Source of the DNA: Eremomyces bilateralis CBS 781.70
Lineage: Eukaryota
DNA length: 64,000 nucleotides
Direction: 5' to 3' (one strand)
NCBI GenBank assembly: GCA_010015585.1
Contig: ML975169.1
Each line of letters opens with the position of its first letter. Position 1 is the first letter of the stretch. Under the pieces are notes generated by a model that searched no databases, was not told the DNA's origin, and was given only the letters and a program-made list of their open reading frames with translations. Made by a program: the position numbers and the translations under genes. This document shows positions 47,342 to 60,516 of the stretch, in pieces.

Positions 47342-50300
47342 AATGATGTTTCCAACGACTCTGCTTCCGCAGGTCAACCAACGTTATTGAAGGAACACCA
47401 CGCAGACGAGAGAGCCAAAGCGGCTGGGCGATACGAGACAAAGATTAGAAGCATAACCTGCCATGGGGTTGAGTGCCCGAGACCCGGTCTGCAAGTGGTG
47501 GACTTCGAGCGGCCGAGGGGTTGTAGAAAGCGGTTTAAACGGCCACGAGACCCAACGCTACCGGGGAGATAACAGTTATAGCTCGAAACCAGGTCATCGA
47601 GATTGAAACGGTCTGGTCTCTTGCATTTGCCGTGTGGAGTAGAGCATTGATCGAATCATCACCACCACTCCTCCGAAGTCAGAAAGGGTGGGGTTGACGT
47701 GTCTTAACGCAATTGCCGCGACCTGGTTGGAGCAGACGCGGAATCGCATGTGTTCTGTCACTTCTGCTGAACCAACGTGGGGAAAGTTTCATCCACATCG
47801 TGTTTTCTGTGACGAGACGAGGGTTGTGGTGGCGGAGTTGGAGGTTGCAATTGGTAAGACGAGATGGAAAATTTTCCTTGTTCGATCCAAGCAGGCATCG
47901 AAGCCGTCCGCTTACTATGTACGCACAAAGCGGGTAGTCATGGCGATCCTCAACACCCGCAATCCGTTCATTCGGAAATCCTAAGAGATGCAGAGGAGCA
48001 TGTCTTGCACGCATCGAAAAGTGCCAGCATGCCTAGCAAGCATACGGAGTAGGGGGTGCCAGTTATCAGCTTGCGCAACACTAGACTTGGGGCGGGGTCT
48101 AGGCGGCCCACCCGACGTTAGATGAGAGATCAGGCACAGGGGCAGAACGATCGCAGGAAATACTGTAGTTGTGTCATTCTAGCACTAAAAATCCTGATGA
48201 GTGATGAGTGATGACCGGCGACTGGTTCAAATACCGATCAATGCATTTCTCCGCCCTGTGTAGACTTGCTGCAGGTTGCAGCAATGCCGTGCAGAAGCAA
48301 TAATACGGCTGCCTGTATGTATGCTCACGCATGCGGGATCTCCCACAGAATTCCATGCTAGTGATTCACGTCCACCTGTAACCACGGGGCAGTTCGTCAC
48401 GCGACCATGAGGTATTTCGAGGCAAACGCAACTATACATTTGACCGGCCACCCGCAGAAGGGAAACGTAATATGAATCGTCCGAATCGAATCATTTCTCG
48501 ACCACGGCATCCGTTGATGAGGGCGGGCGCGTCATGGACAAGAAACGAGGTATCACTGCTCGTGATGCGCAGCGCTACTCACCCTCACCACCAGTTGCAC
48601 CCATCCAGGCTCCGGAGAGTACCCCGTACATATCACATCCAAAGTCCCAGGGGTGGGATACGGGGTCAGGATCCGTTGAAGCGCGGAGGAGAGGAGATGC
48701 AGAGCTTGTGCGTTGACACACAGCACAGCTCTGAAATCATCTAACGTAATTGGTTACGATATAGTTACCGCCTTTCTATTCTGTACTTTTTCGTGTACTT
48801 TTTCGTCGGGATGATGCAGAGATCAGGGTCGGAACCAGGAAATTGGAGCAAGATGGAACTTGAAGGATCCAGCGGCAGGCTAGGTTGGCGTCCGAAGGAT
48901 CAGTTATCCCACGCTTAATGGCAAGAAAAAGGGACAATCTTTCCATTGAGACGTTGGACTCTTGTTTCGAACTTGGGGGGTTGTGGGGGTGCTCAACTTC
49001 GGAGGTGTCAAGCTTCTATGTGTGGGAATCATTGCGCTATGAGCTTCGACTTAGTAGAAGTAGATAGCCAATTGCATTAACTACGTAACTACCTGTAAGT
49101 AGGTATTCTCGAGTAAGTAGATAATAGGAATGGCCGATACCCAGATGTCCCTGGTAGAATGCGGGTACTCCTACGAAATATACTACTGGGTGTGGTACTA
49201 AGCTGGCAGGGAAACCAATGCTGCGGCGAGGTGTTGCTTGGGGGCTGGCAGACCTGGCTTATGGTACCATACGAGTGACGACCAATATTTCTACTTCAAG
49301 TTTCTAAATCTGCACACTATGATAATGCCACCATCGCCCCTCTCCCAAGCTGGTTAAACGGTCCAGTCCCTCGCGAGGATCGGAAACGTTAAGGGAATAG
49401 GATCGAATAAGACAATATTATTCGTATAATTTGGCCAATTCGCTAGAAACCGTCTGGATCATGTCGGGTAATGACGAGTTGGAACAGGCCATCATGGAGC
49501 TGCATAGGAGTAGATCAACTGCCAGGAGGTCTAGATGAAATCGTTAACTTCTGTACGGAATAGGGGATTGGAAATCTCGATACGACTCAATTCTCAGCGA
49601 TTAGTTCTATATCTGCAGTCAAAGCGATCTGATCATAGGAGCTGGATATCGAAATCGATCATAAAACGAATTGATCAACATGTCCAGCCTATCTCTTCTC
49701 CGACAACTGTTTGCACCCGATACCATCGATGGGTGGCTACTCTGTCGGCAGTCATCGATCTCTCTCCCCGAACTTGGTTGTTTGTCCCTGCACATACAGC
49801 ATCTTGATTCATCCCTTAAAACGAGGAGTATTCTCAAAGCAGGAATTTCCAGGTGAATGGAATAGGAGGATGGCTGCACAAAGGAAGTGAACCCCTTCAA
49901 CCAAACAGCACACCAGGTCGCGATACTGGAACAATACCTGCTAATTGTCTCCAGTGTTGGTTTGAAACTGGATTGGAACCCAGTCTTCTATTTCTTCCTT
50001 TCCTCGAGACACTACGTTCTGGATATCCCTATACGGTCCTCAGTCTACAAAGGCAGACATGGGTGAGCCAGCCAGTCAGCCAGTGTCAGTTTCAGTGAAT
50101 AAGGGACCATGCCAGATTCACTCTTGTTCCAACTCACCTGCAGCTGGGGAAGGCCCCAACATCTGAAGGCAAATTTTCCAGTTCTAGTTCCAGTTCTCTT
50201 TCTTTCTCCAAATTCTATTGCCCTGAGAAGTCCAAAGAAACAATGTGCCTTGGATACAAACGGCAACCACCAACACACTGCGAATGCCACAACCCATGGC

Positions 50301-50999
50301 TCTATCTCAATCCTTCTGTTCTTCTAACTATCATTCACATCACAAAACCTGACACCTTCGCCTTCAGTTTCAGTTTCAGCTCTCACTGCTCCAAACCACG
50401 AGCCACCACCGGAATCACCTCTGGACCAACCGTAAAAGCTGTCAGTACCTCCTGTGCCTCCAACACGAGAACTTGGAGTACGGAGATCAGATTACGCTGC
50501 AGCACCTGCATCAGAGAAGTATCGGAGAAGGTGCGGATGCCCACCAAGGCAAGGCGACAAAAGACGACAAAAAAAGACGACAGTTTGTCAACAAACACCG
50601 GGTGGCTCTCATCTTCATCTGTCTACTCTCGGCTTCATCCACTTCATACATGTATCTGGTGAAAGATGATAATGTCGAGTCGGTCTGACTGGTTGACTGA
50701 TTGACTTGCGGAACATCACCGAATCCCCGAGGACGACAAAACCACTCCATCACAGTTTTGGAGGCAGAGCCAGGAATCCAGTGGAATTAGAAAGTAAAGA
50801 AGCATTCAGGTAAGTAAGAATGGCCTCTGAAGACTGATAGAGAGCCCTTGATCTTCATCGTCACCGCTCTGCATCGACTCCACAGCTTCCACAGCTTCTA
50901 TGCATGTGTTTGCATGTGCTGCTGTGGAATTATCTACTTACTATTCATTGCCATCCTTCCGAATATTTCACTCTTCCTGACATTGACTGTGTGCAGAAG

Positions 51000-53900
51000 A
51001 TGAATGCTTCCGGACGACATCGGCCTCCAGCCAGCCCATATGGGCAACCACACCTTCGAGGGAATGAAGCGTGGAGAGAATGGCCTGAGGTCAAAGTTAA
51101 GGTAGTCGGGTTCCCTTTCCGAACGACTTGGCCGTATTACGTTGCTCTCAGTGGCGAGGGGAATGTACGTCGGATTGACGTGGCAAAGTCAAGTGATATC
51201 CCTCAAAACTCTATGACATTCGTGATCTTCGGGTACGGACAGAATTCCACAGTCATAGTGGGCGATGGTATGCTAACTGTTGCAGCCCGCCTCCCCAGAC
51301 TGCAATATGGCAGTTCTCATACATCTCCATCGAGTACGAGGGTAAGACGCATAAGGCTCAAGTCACTTTATGTCCTCCTGTTAAGGAAAGAATTCACCGA
51401 AGTCCTGTCAATCAGAACCGCATATATCCGGAGCGCACAGTAAGTTCTGAAACCCGTTTAATGAATATAATCTGTGATCTGACAGTTTATAGGAATTGCA
51501 TGCATCAAGTCTTGACATCGGCCTGATGCACACCGCCGATTCCATGATGACCATGATGACCGTCGCCGCCACTGAACGCTTACCGATATCCCTTGTATTG
51601 CAACTATTCCCTAACCGAAGACAAATCGGGATTGAATTCCACATCGCGGATGATAGCAGTGCACGATCCGACGATGAAAACGAATTCCGCAGATACCAAC
51701 TTGAGATCGACGTTTCTTCGTCTGTTACGGAGGTCTTTGAGGACGCCAGCAGTCCGGACACTGTAACACTGGTTCTTCCGTCTATTAATCCGCCCAATGC
51801 CTATCGCAGAGTGAAGGATATCGACATCAAGGATACGCACGATACCGATTCGATCGTTTGGCATGAGATGCGTGCATGGCCTCGCGTCACTGAAGTCAAG
51901 AAGCCGAATCTAGTCGATCCTCGGTCAAAGCGGCAACTGACCTCGACGCATCCTGCCCCAGATGCCCCGATCCAGCTCAATCGTGGAGATTCGTTGGTTG
52001 ATATTGGTACGTCTGATTTGATTGTGAGCAGAATTATCGCTTACATATGTTTCTAGGCAGATGGACTACCTTTCGAATGGTCTTTCCTTTGAATAATGAC
52101 GAAGCCAGGCGATCCTATTACATTATTCGCAGCGTGTTGCGAGACTACAACGTGAACGTGAAGCGAGGTCCAAATCCGACCCAGATTCCGAGACAGGAGT
52201 CAACGTTATGGAAGCAAATCAACGAGCTACCGAGCACATCTAATACTCAAGTCCTGGGGCACCAAATCTTTCCGCTGCCGTTTGACGTACGCTACCAACT
52301 TGAGGTATGTGTATCGCAAGGGATCATCAATGAACACAATATCACCGAACAGTTCCTTACTACCTTGCTGCGACTCGACCGGGAAACAGCACGACAGGTG
52401 CTGGAGAAAGCTGCGGACAGTCGAAAGCGATGGTTCGAGCCCATGGATATTATCCAACAATTTCGCTTCTCCACCTACTTCAACCGTCGAATACCGGAAT
52501 ACTGCAGCTACAGCCGTGGTGTGACCTTGACTCCAACCACGGTCTACTTCCATAGTCCGGCGGTAGAAACGTCAAATCGGGTCACCCGCAAATACGAGAG
52601 TCGAGACGTTCAGTTCATCCGCATCAAATTCATGGACGAGAGAACTTGGGGAAAGATGAGGAACCGACATGATCGAAATGAAGCTGCCGTGTACAACCGT
52701 TTCCGACATGCGCTCCGACACGGCATTCAAATCGGCCAGAGGGTGTTTTATTTCCTTGCATGGGGAAACAGTCAATTCCGTGAGAACGGGGCGTACTTCA
52801 TTTCACCAACCTCAAGCATCACTGCCGATTCGATCCGTGCCTGGATGGGGGATGTCGCTCACATCCGCGTAATTGCCAAATACGCCGCAAGACTCGGTCA
52901 GAATTTCTCAACCACCCGCTCCTATCGAGGATCTCCCGTGGAGATGGTCGAAATTCCAGATATCGAGCGAAATGGCTACTGCTTCACTGATGGTGTAGGA
53001 AAGATGTCCCGGTTCATCTCTCAGATGATTGCTAACCGTTTTCGACTCCCTTTCGGAATGGATGACCCTCCTAGTGTGATTCAGTTCAGATATGGTGGCT
53101 GCAAGGGAGTTCTGGCCCTCGATCCAACCATGGTCGGCAAACAGAATCACCAAATCCAGATCAGACCATCTCAACGCAAGTTCGAAGTGACTGAAGGTGG
53201 ATTGGAGATCACAAGATGCTCAGACTTTTCCGTCGCGACCTTGAACCGGCAGCTCATTGCCATCCTCTCATCGCATGGAATTCCGGATTACGTCTTTGAC
53301 GACATGCGTGAACGAATGGTTCGGGATTTGGACCTTGCTATGCGCGATGAGAATGTTGCGCTGCGCCTGCTACAGAAGAACATCGATATGAATCAAACTT
53401 CCCTAGCACTCGCCGCGATGATCGCGGAGGGATTCATGGAGAGACGTGAGCCATTCCTGACGAATTGTCTTCAACTTTGGCGGTGCTGGAACATGAAGCT
53501 ACTCAAAGAGAAAGCGAGGCTGGTGGTTGAAAAGGCGGCGTTTGTCCTTGGGTGCGTCGATGAGACCGGGCTTCTCCAAGGACATTTTGACGAAAAACTG
53601 ACCCGCCATCATGAGACAAAGGAAGACCTCATCCGAGATCTGCCTCAAATCTTCATCCAAGTTGGTGTGTCGGAGAAGGCTGGGGAGAAGAAGCAATATC
53701 ACGTTATCACCGGACTCTGCATCCTCGCTCGTAACCCTTCCCTTCACCCTGGAGATATCCGTGTCGTCAATGCTGTTGACGTTCCCGCACTCCATCATCT
53801 TAAAAACGTGGTGGCTCTCCCACAAACCGGGGATCGCGATCTAGGTAGCATGTGCTCTGGCGGAGACCTTGACGGCGACGATTATTTCGTTAGCTGGGAT

Positions 53901-55529
53901 GAAAACCTCCTCTTTACTGACTGGAGTTATCCCCCTATGGCACACACGGCACCGCCGCCTAAAGAGGTCAATCGACCCGTGGTCATGGATGATCTGAGCG
54001 ATTTCTTCATTGAATATATGAAGAATGACTCCCTCCCCACCATTGCGACGGCGCACCTTGCTATCGCGGATAGTGAGGGAGTAGAGTCTGAAACCTGTCT
54101 GGAACTAGCAGAGCTTCACTCATTGGCAGTTGATTACCCGAAGAGCGGACATCCCGTTCGTATGGAACGGAGACACTTCCCAACACAATGGCCGCACTTC
54201 ATGGAGCGACGAGCGAAGACGTACACCTCCCGCAAGATCCTCGGGAAACTCTACGACCGGGTCAGCAGTGTCTATTTCCGGCCGGTATTTCAAGGATTTA
54301 ATTATGATATCATCGCCTCGTACCAAACCATGCTCGATGCAGCGTCCTGGGAGCGGTTGAAGGGGAAGGCCAGGAACCTGAAAGGGAAATACGATGATGC
54401 AGTCCGACGCATTCAAGCTCGACACGACATCAAGACGGAGTTCGAAGTCTGGACAGTGTATTGCCTTTCACACAATGGCGAGAAGAGGGACTACACATTC
54501 GCCGAAGACATGGGACGTGATATCGGTGGGTTGAAGGAGGAATTTCGGGCACTTGTTCGACAAGAAGCTGAAGCGATGGATGGGGGGATCGTCGGGCCAG
54601 AGTTCCGGCCCGTCATCGAAGAAGCCGAAGGGAACCACCTTGGGGTTCGAGAGGTGGATCTGATCCTTCATCCATTCCTCGCGGCGATGTATTGCGTGGC
54701 TGTCGACGAAGCGACCACGGCGGTCAAAGAGAGCCGAATGATGGCTACAATCGACGGCATCCGACAGTCCTTGCGGAATCTGAATCAGCCGAGCGAACGG
54801 CCCATGATGAGCTTTCCGTGGATTTTCTACGAAGAGCTGGGGAAAATCTCCAGGCTTGGTGGATTGTTGAGGAAGCGCATGGCAGGCAAAGTGAGGTGTG
54901 CGGAACTTCTGGACAAGCCGGCTGAAGCGCCGCTCAACTATGATCAGTCACCCCATGAAGATTCCACCGTCGGACCACCTGTCCATCTACCCGAAGTAAC
55001 TGTTCAACCCCGTGGCCCAGTCGATGGAAGGTCAGATTGGACCGATATTGTGATGGACCATGATGAGGGACGCCGCAACCAGGCGTGGCTGAATCATCAT
55101 GGACCTCTTTACGGACCTCCAACATCAACAGCTACCAATGGGGACACCATGCCGTCCAATGCGGACGGAGTAGAGGGACCCATCGACGTGAATAGCGTTG
55201 ATACTGCCGAAGATCCTAGTGCCATGACAGATCCCACCGAGGCAGAATTCAATGCCATGACCCTAGCCCACGCAGCAACCACGAAGTACCCGGATTTGTT
55301 GCTCGAGGCCACTGAGAACTGGCCGGTCTCAGCAGACTCGAAGAGATCAGCTCCGATTGCTCCCGCGAGTTTGATGTTGATCCCAAATGGCAAGTCCAAG
55401 GAGCTCATCGCCGTGGCAGATGCTGGTGAAGATCTCGAGGCAGACTCGGACGAAGAAGATCTCGAGGAAGAAGCGGACAGTGGGAGAGCCGTGGGGGGAT
55501 TCAACATGCTCGATGCATTCGAGGATTGA
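51000..55529 (+). CDS. Cellular RNA-dependent RNA polymerase, SAD-1-like; introns 51233-51285, about 51440-51492 and about 52008-52057
   Basis: Catalytic SGGDLDGDDY, ARNPSLHPGDIR, FTDGVGKMS, AKYAARLGQNFST, LPFDVRYQLEVCVSQG, LHSLAVDYPKSG. The N-terminal SPVN..YPE and IGRWTT blocks resemble the SAD-1/RrpA clade (my recall, needs a phylogeny). Confidence 0.93.
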
Positions 55530-55756
55530 TCTACGGATCTGGAGTCTGGACATGGAATTCTAAGTTCATACTTCATTCGGGAGGTTCAGGCGCTGCTAAG
55601 TCGCAGGATACGGAGTGATTGGCATGATATCGACAGGTAGCTAGCCAAGTGGTTGCTCTCGCGGAGTTCCAAGTTCCAAGTTCCAACCTCGCATGGTGCG
55701 AATAGACCACCATGGGGTTAGGTTAAGGATAGTAGCGCAATAAGAGTCGGGTTCGG

Positions 55757-55779
55757 TATATATACATATATATATATAT
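55757..55779. repeat. Imperfect (TA)n microsatellite
   Basis: TATATATACATATATATATATAT downstream of the RdRP. Confidence 0.85.
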
Positions 55780-57353
55780 GCTGAACAATTGTGAAGTTGT
55801 AGATATCTCACTCTGGGTTCCTCAAGTGCCAGTGGCATTGATATGTTCCATCCACTGGATCCAAGTCCCTTGATAATTTGATATTACTGGCAATGCATGG
55901 GCCCATGTCACCATGGTAGTGGAATGTGGATCCATCTAGCCATTGCGACTTGGACCCGACAGGCGGGAAATGGGAATGCATGTGGTCGGAAGCGTTTCGG
56001 ATTGACGAGGATGAGGGCTGGCACCACGCCAAGCGCCGGCCCTAAATCAACGAGTTTCGTGATTTCGCACCCGCATTGGAGGCATGGGAAGTTGTAGATG
56101 TAGCAGCAGTACAGCATTTCGTACCGACTCTTTTATTAATACCTTTGACAGGATCGGGATGAGATCGGAGGGAGATGCCGTCCGCCGTCAGCAGGCAGTG
56201 GGCAACTCCTCTGTAGAATACTTGAAAGATTGACATCGGATTCGGTGCGCCCAGCACACACTACTGATAGGTAACTAGTTATAACTAGGTAAGAATAACT
56301 AGGTCATGCGCGGAAATGGGAGTACCTGCAGTAGTTCCAATCCAGGGCTGCATTGGCCATGGCCTCATGGGGTGGAGGAGGGCTCTACGCGATGGTGGGT
56401 GGGCGCTTGATGAGGACACTTTGAAGCCTGGAGGGAGGATGAATGCTGGATGGGAATACGTCGCGAACCATTGGCAGACTTGATATCACCTGGAGTCCAT
56501 CTTCTTCAGCGGGAGATGTTTCTCATGGTAAATAGGAGCAGACGGAGAATTGGGAATCGGGCAGGTGATTGGACCCAAGGGACCCCTTTTCCATTTGCAT
56601 GTTTCACTTCCGAGGCTCTCCAGACTGTTTCTCCAGAGCGTTTCACCCACGAGATTCTAGAAATATCCAGTGTAACTATTATAATCCAACGGATTGGCTC
56701 ATTACTCAGTAACTCCATGATAAGAACCCATACATCCTCTGTTAACACCAGCAACATCCACTTCGGCCACCTTAAAGGTTAAACCCTCTGCCATTCTGCA
56801 TCCATCCTCTCATCCCCTGAACCTCCAGCATTTCTACCGCACGTGGCATCTAGCAGCAATCCATCCATCCATCCCATCCACCACCCATCCATTCATCACT
56901 TTCGCTCTCTCGTTCTCTCTATCTCATACCTTACATACCTTTCCTTCGGTATCCCATTTGTGCATCACCATTACCCCCCCCTATCGAATGGAATCTCATG
57001 TCCGCGGGCTAGATTCGGAAAATTTCGAAACCAACCCAAACCCAATCCGTCCGCTTCCTCCTAGGATCTGGTCACTTTTTTCTCCTTAGTTTCTTACGGA
57101 CGACGGTAATAAACCGTCTCCAGTCTCTAGTCCCCAGAATTTCAGGAGGTCTGCACTTTTGAAAGGGCGCCAATTCCGTCCCAGGGTCCAAATCCGATCG
57201 CTTCATCTCGCTGCTGCAGCTACTGCCGGGCAATTATCCCATCAAATCTCCATCATCTCCATCGTTGCCCGTGTTTTTCCCCCTTACCCTTTTCTCTTCC
57301 TTCGCACCGCGTCTCGCGTTGCTCCCTCCCATCAACGGCATTGATCGTCAAAC

Positions 57354-59297
57354 ATGTCCAATCCGTCGACAAATCTAAACCCATCAACCGACATTGCATC
57401 CGCCAAATCCAACGGCAGCGACGGCACGCGGCGCACCAGCTTCGGCTTTTTACGACGACAGAAATCGACTGAACATTCGACTGGGAACCGCATCGCGTCG
57501 GGCGGCAAGATGACCAAGAAGCAAAGGGCTCAGGCCGAGGAGCTGCGCAAGCAGCAAGCCCTCTCCCAATCCCCTCCTCGTCTGCCTTCGCACTCGCCAC
57601 TGCCTCGAATGAACATCTTGGGCGGTGCTGCCGCTGAAGACCCAACCGCTCGTCCCGATTCCTATGCCCTCGTTTCGAACAAAGCCTCGGGTTATCCGGG
57701 TCAAGATTTCTATCATCAACAGAGAGGTGTGAGGCCGTCGGTCGAATATCAGCAGTATGGTTCGAGCCCACATGGTGTTCCAATCCCGCCCATCCCTGGT
57801 AGTTCACCCTCCTCGAGAAATGGGGAACCCGTGGACCCTTACGCCAGGACCGAAAGCATGACGCATCGTGGCCGGTACAGCTACGCCAGCAGTGCCGTGA
57901 GCACATTGAACAGCCCAAGACGCGTCCGCAGAAGAAAAGATCCGACCCCGTTCAAGTAAGCATGGACCATTGAAGAGATCGATGAGATCACGCGCTAATT
58001 ACAATGATTCGGTTGCAGCATCCTCGTCGTCGGCGCGAAGAATTCCGGCAAGACGTCCTTCATCAACTTCTTGAAGAATTCCCTCCAACTGCCGGCGCGG
58101 AAACAGCGACAGCATACCCCGTCCCCTCCCAACACCGCCCTCCCCCCCGACTCACCTTTCAGCTCGATCTATTTGGAGTCCGAAATCGACCATGAGAGGA
58201 TCGGTGTCACCCTGTGGGATTCCAGGGGGTTGGAGAAGAACATCGTTGACCTGCAACTCCGGGAAATGGATGCCTTTCTTGAGTCTAAGTTCGAGGAGAC
58301 CTTCACCGAAGAACAGAAGGTGATTCGTGCTCCCGGCGTCCGAGACACCCATATCCACTGTGTATTCTTGATTCTCGACCCGGTCCGTCTGGACGCGAAT
58401 ATTACCACCTCGAAGCAAAACGGCGATTCCTTAGTGGCCAAGTTTAGCACCGGCGCTCGTCTCATCGGCGGACTTGACGAAGACCTGGATATCCAAGTGC
58501 TTCGCGGTCTCCAGGGCAAGACGACGGTGATTCCAGTCATTAGCAAAGCTGATACCATCACCACTGCGCATATGGCCATGCTCAAGAAGATGGTCTGGGA
58601 CAGCCTCAAGCAAGCGAAACTCGACCCTCTCGAGTATTTGAACGTTGCCGACTCCGACGGCGAGGACGCCCTCGATGAACGTGACGAAGACGAGTATCTC
58701 CATTCCGACACCGAGCCGTCTCAGCCGAGCAGCCGCGTGCTGAACCAGATCGCCGATGGTAGCTCCTCCGAAGATGACGAGGCCGCGGAAGAGTCCGAGG
58801 ACGTCTCCTCGCCCGTCCGCGAGTCCTCCCCCGCCACCACCACCCCTCCTCCGAAGGCCGGCAAAGAAGGCACCCACCGCCGCACCCCCTCCGCCATGTC
58901 CATGGCCGCCGCCAATGCCAAAGCCGACGATGTCCCCTACCTTCCCCTCTCTATCATCTCCCCCGACTCCAACAATCCGAGCGTCATCGGCCGAGCCTTC
59001 CCCTGGGGATTCGCGGACCCGTACAACCCGGAGCATTGCGACTTCGTCCGGCTCAAGGAGAACGTGTTCAGCGAGTGGCGAGGCGAGCTCCGTGAAGCCA
59101 GCCGTGAGATCTGGTATGAAGGCTGGAGAACTAGCCGACTGAAGAGGCGAGGCACGAGTGCTGGGCCACCGTCCAAGAGCCCCGCCCAGAAATCAGGAAT
59201 CGCCGGGATCGCGGATCGTAGTGCTGGTTACGATACTGGTAGCACCAGGAGTCGAACGAACGGAAGTCCGGAAACCCAGCGATATCGAGGACATTGA
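57354..59297 (+). CDS. aspE: Septin, AspE-type (group 5); intron 57956-58018
   Basis: RTESMTHRGRYSYASS..RRRKDPTPF|NILVVGAKNSGKTSF (P-loop), LWDSRG, DTHIHC, PVISKADT, septin unique element GRAFPWGFADPYNPEHCDF. No C-terminal coiled coil. Confidence 0.85.
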
Positions 59298-60516
59298 ACG
59301 AGGCACGGAACGGGGCGCGGAACCGAAACCATGCATTCCGCAGAGCCGATGACGGCCCAATCGACCGATCCTTTCGATAATCGAATAATAAATTCTCGAG
59401 TTAGAAGGCGGATGACGGACTTGAACATATCATATCCCGGTTTCCGACTTTCCAGCTTCTAGGCACATTTGCCGAGGAGTATCTCTTTCAAGAAAACATT
59501 CACGGCTTCAGGAGCTTGGCTCCTCCTTTCACGCGGCGTACTTTTTTTCCTTTGTGACGACAAATGCAACTGCAGCTCTTTCCTGGTGTTCCTCTTCACT
59601 TCCGTTCCATTATACCCCTCCGCCCCGTGCTTCCATTATACCCCCTTCCCATACTTCTCTCGCATCACAATTCCTTATCCCGCGCTCAGTTCGGGGGTTC
59701 AAACTGTTGCTCGTGCATGCGCGATCCAGCCAACCGATCTGCCGTCCTGGCTCCGACACGCCTGTTGGTTTTGACCATCCGACCTTGAGGGCACCAGCGC
59801 GCTAGTTCGTGGACCGGAACCTTTCATTCCCTCAAGCGCGGAGCAGCAGATGGAGCGATATGGAGTTGGTGTGACGGTGGAATTGCCAAGAAGAGGAATC
59901 CCCATCGAATCCGCACATAATCGCCACGTCGGATCCGCGCATCGACGGTTGCGATTCCTCCATGTTCATTTCGCTTCGCTTCTTGTTGGCACCGTGTTTT
60001 CCTTTTCGTCCGAGCGGCCGACAGGCTTTTTCCAACACCAAAAAGAATGATTCAATTGTATGTACCGTACGGATACCATTAGCTACGTCTACGATTAGCT
60101 GCGGAATTTTAGCAAGTTTACGTCATGACGTGTTGGGCTGCCCTGAAGCGCCTTTCCAGTAGCCACCTCCCAGCTCCCAAGTGACCCCTTGATTGAATCC
60201 TTGTCCAGGTTCGTGATTGTACGCGACATAAAATGCATGTACCACTCATCCCCGCCAGCCCTTTCGCAGAGAACGGCGCAAGGGCCCGTGCATCTGGTCA
60301 AAGAATTGCAATCAGGGATGGATGGTTGGCTAGTTGGCCATTAATCTCCCTTCGGTGACAAGCGTGAGCACCCATAGTTGATTCGGATGGCACGCAATAA
60401 ACGAAGGGGTTCTGCACGCACACAACACCTTGCCCAAGATTGGGCGGAAGCGAGGACGACGATCACATCAGTAACAGAGTAAGTACATTCATAAGTGGCA
60501 TCCTGAAGTAGACTAG

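Noticed and set aside
49434..49444. CCAATTCGCT matching part of the Tc1 TIR
   Set aside because: The match is only 10 nt, lacks the CAGT end and is on the wrong side, so it is consistent with chance.
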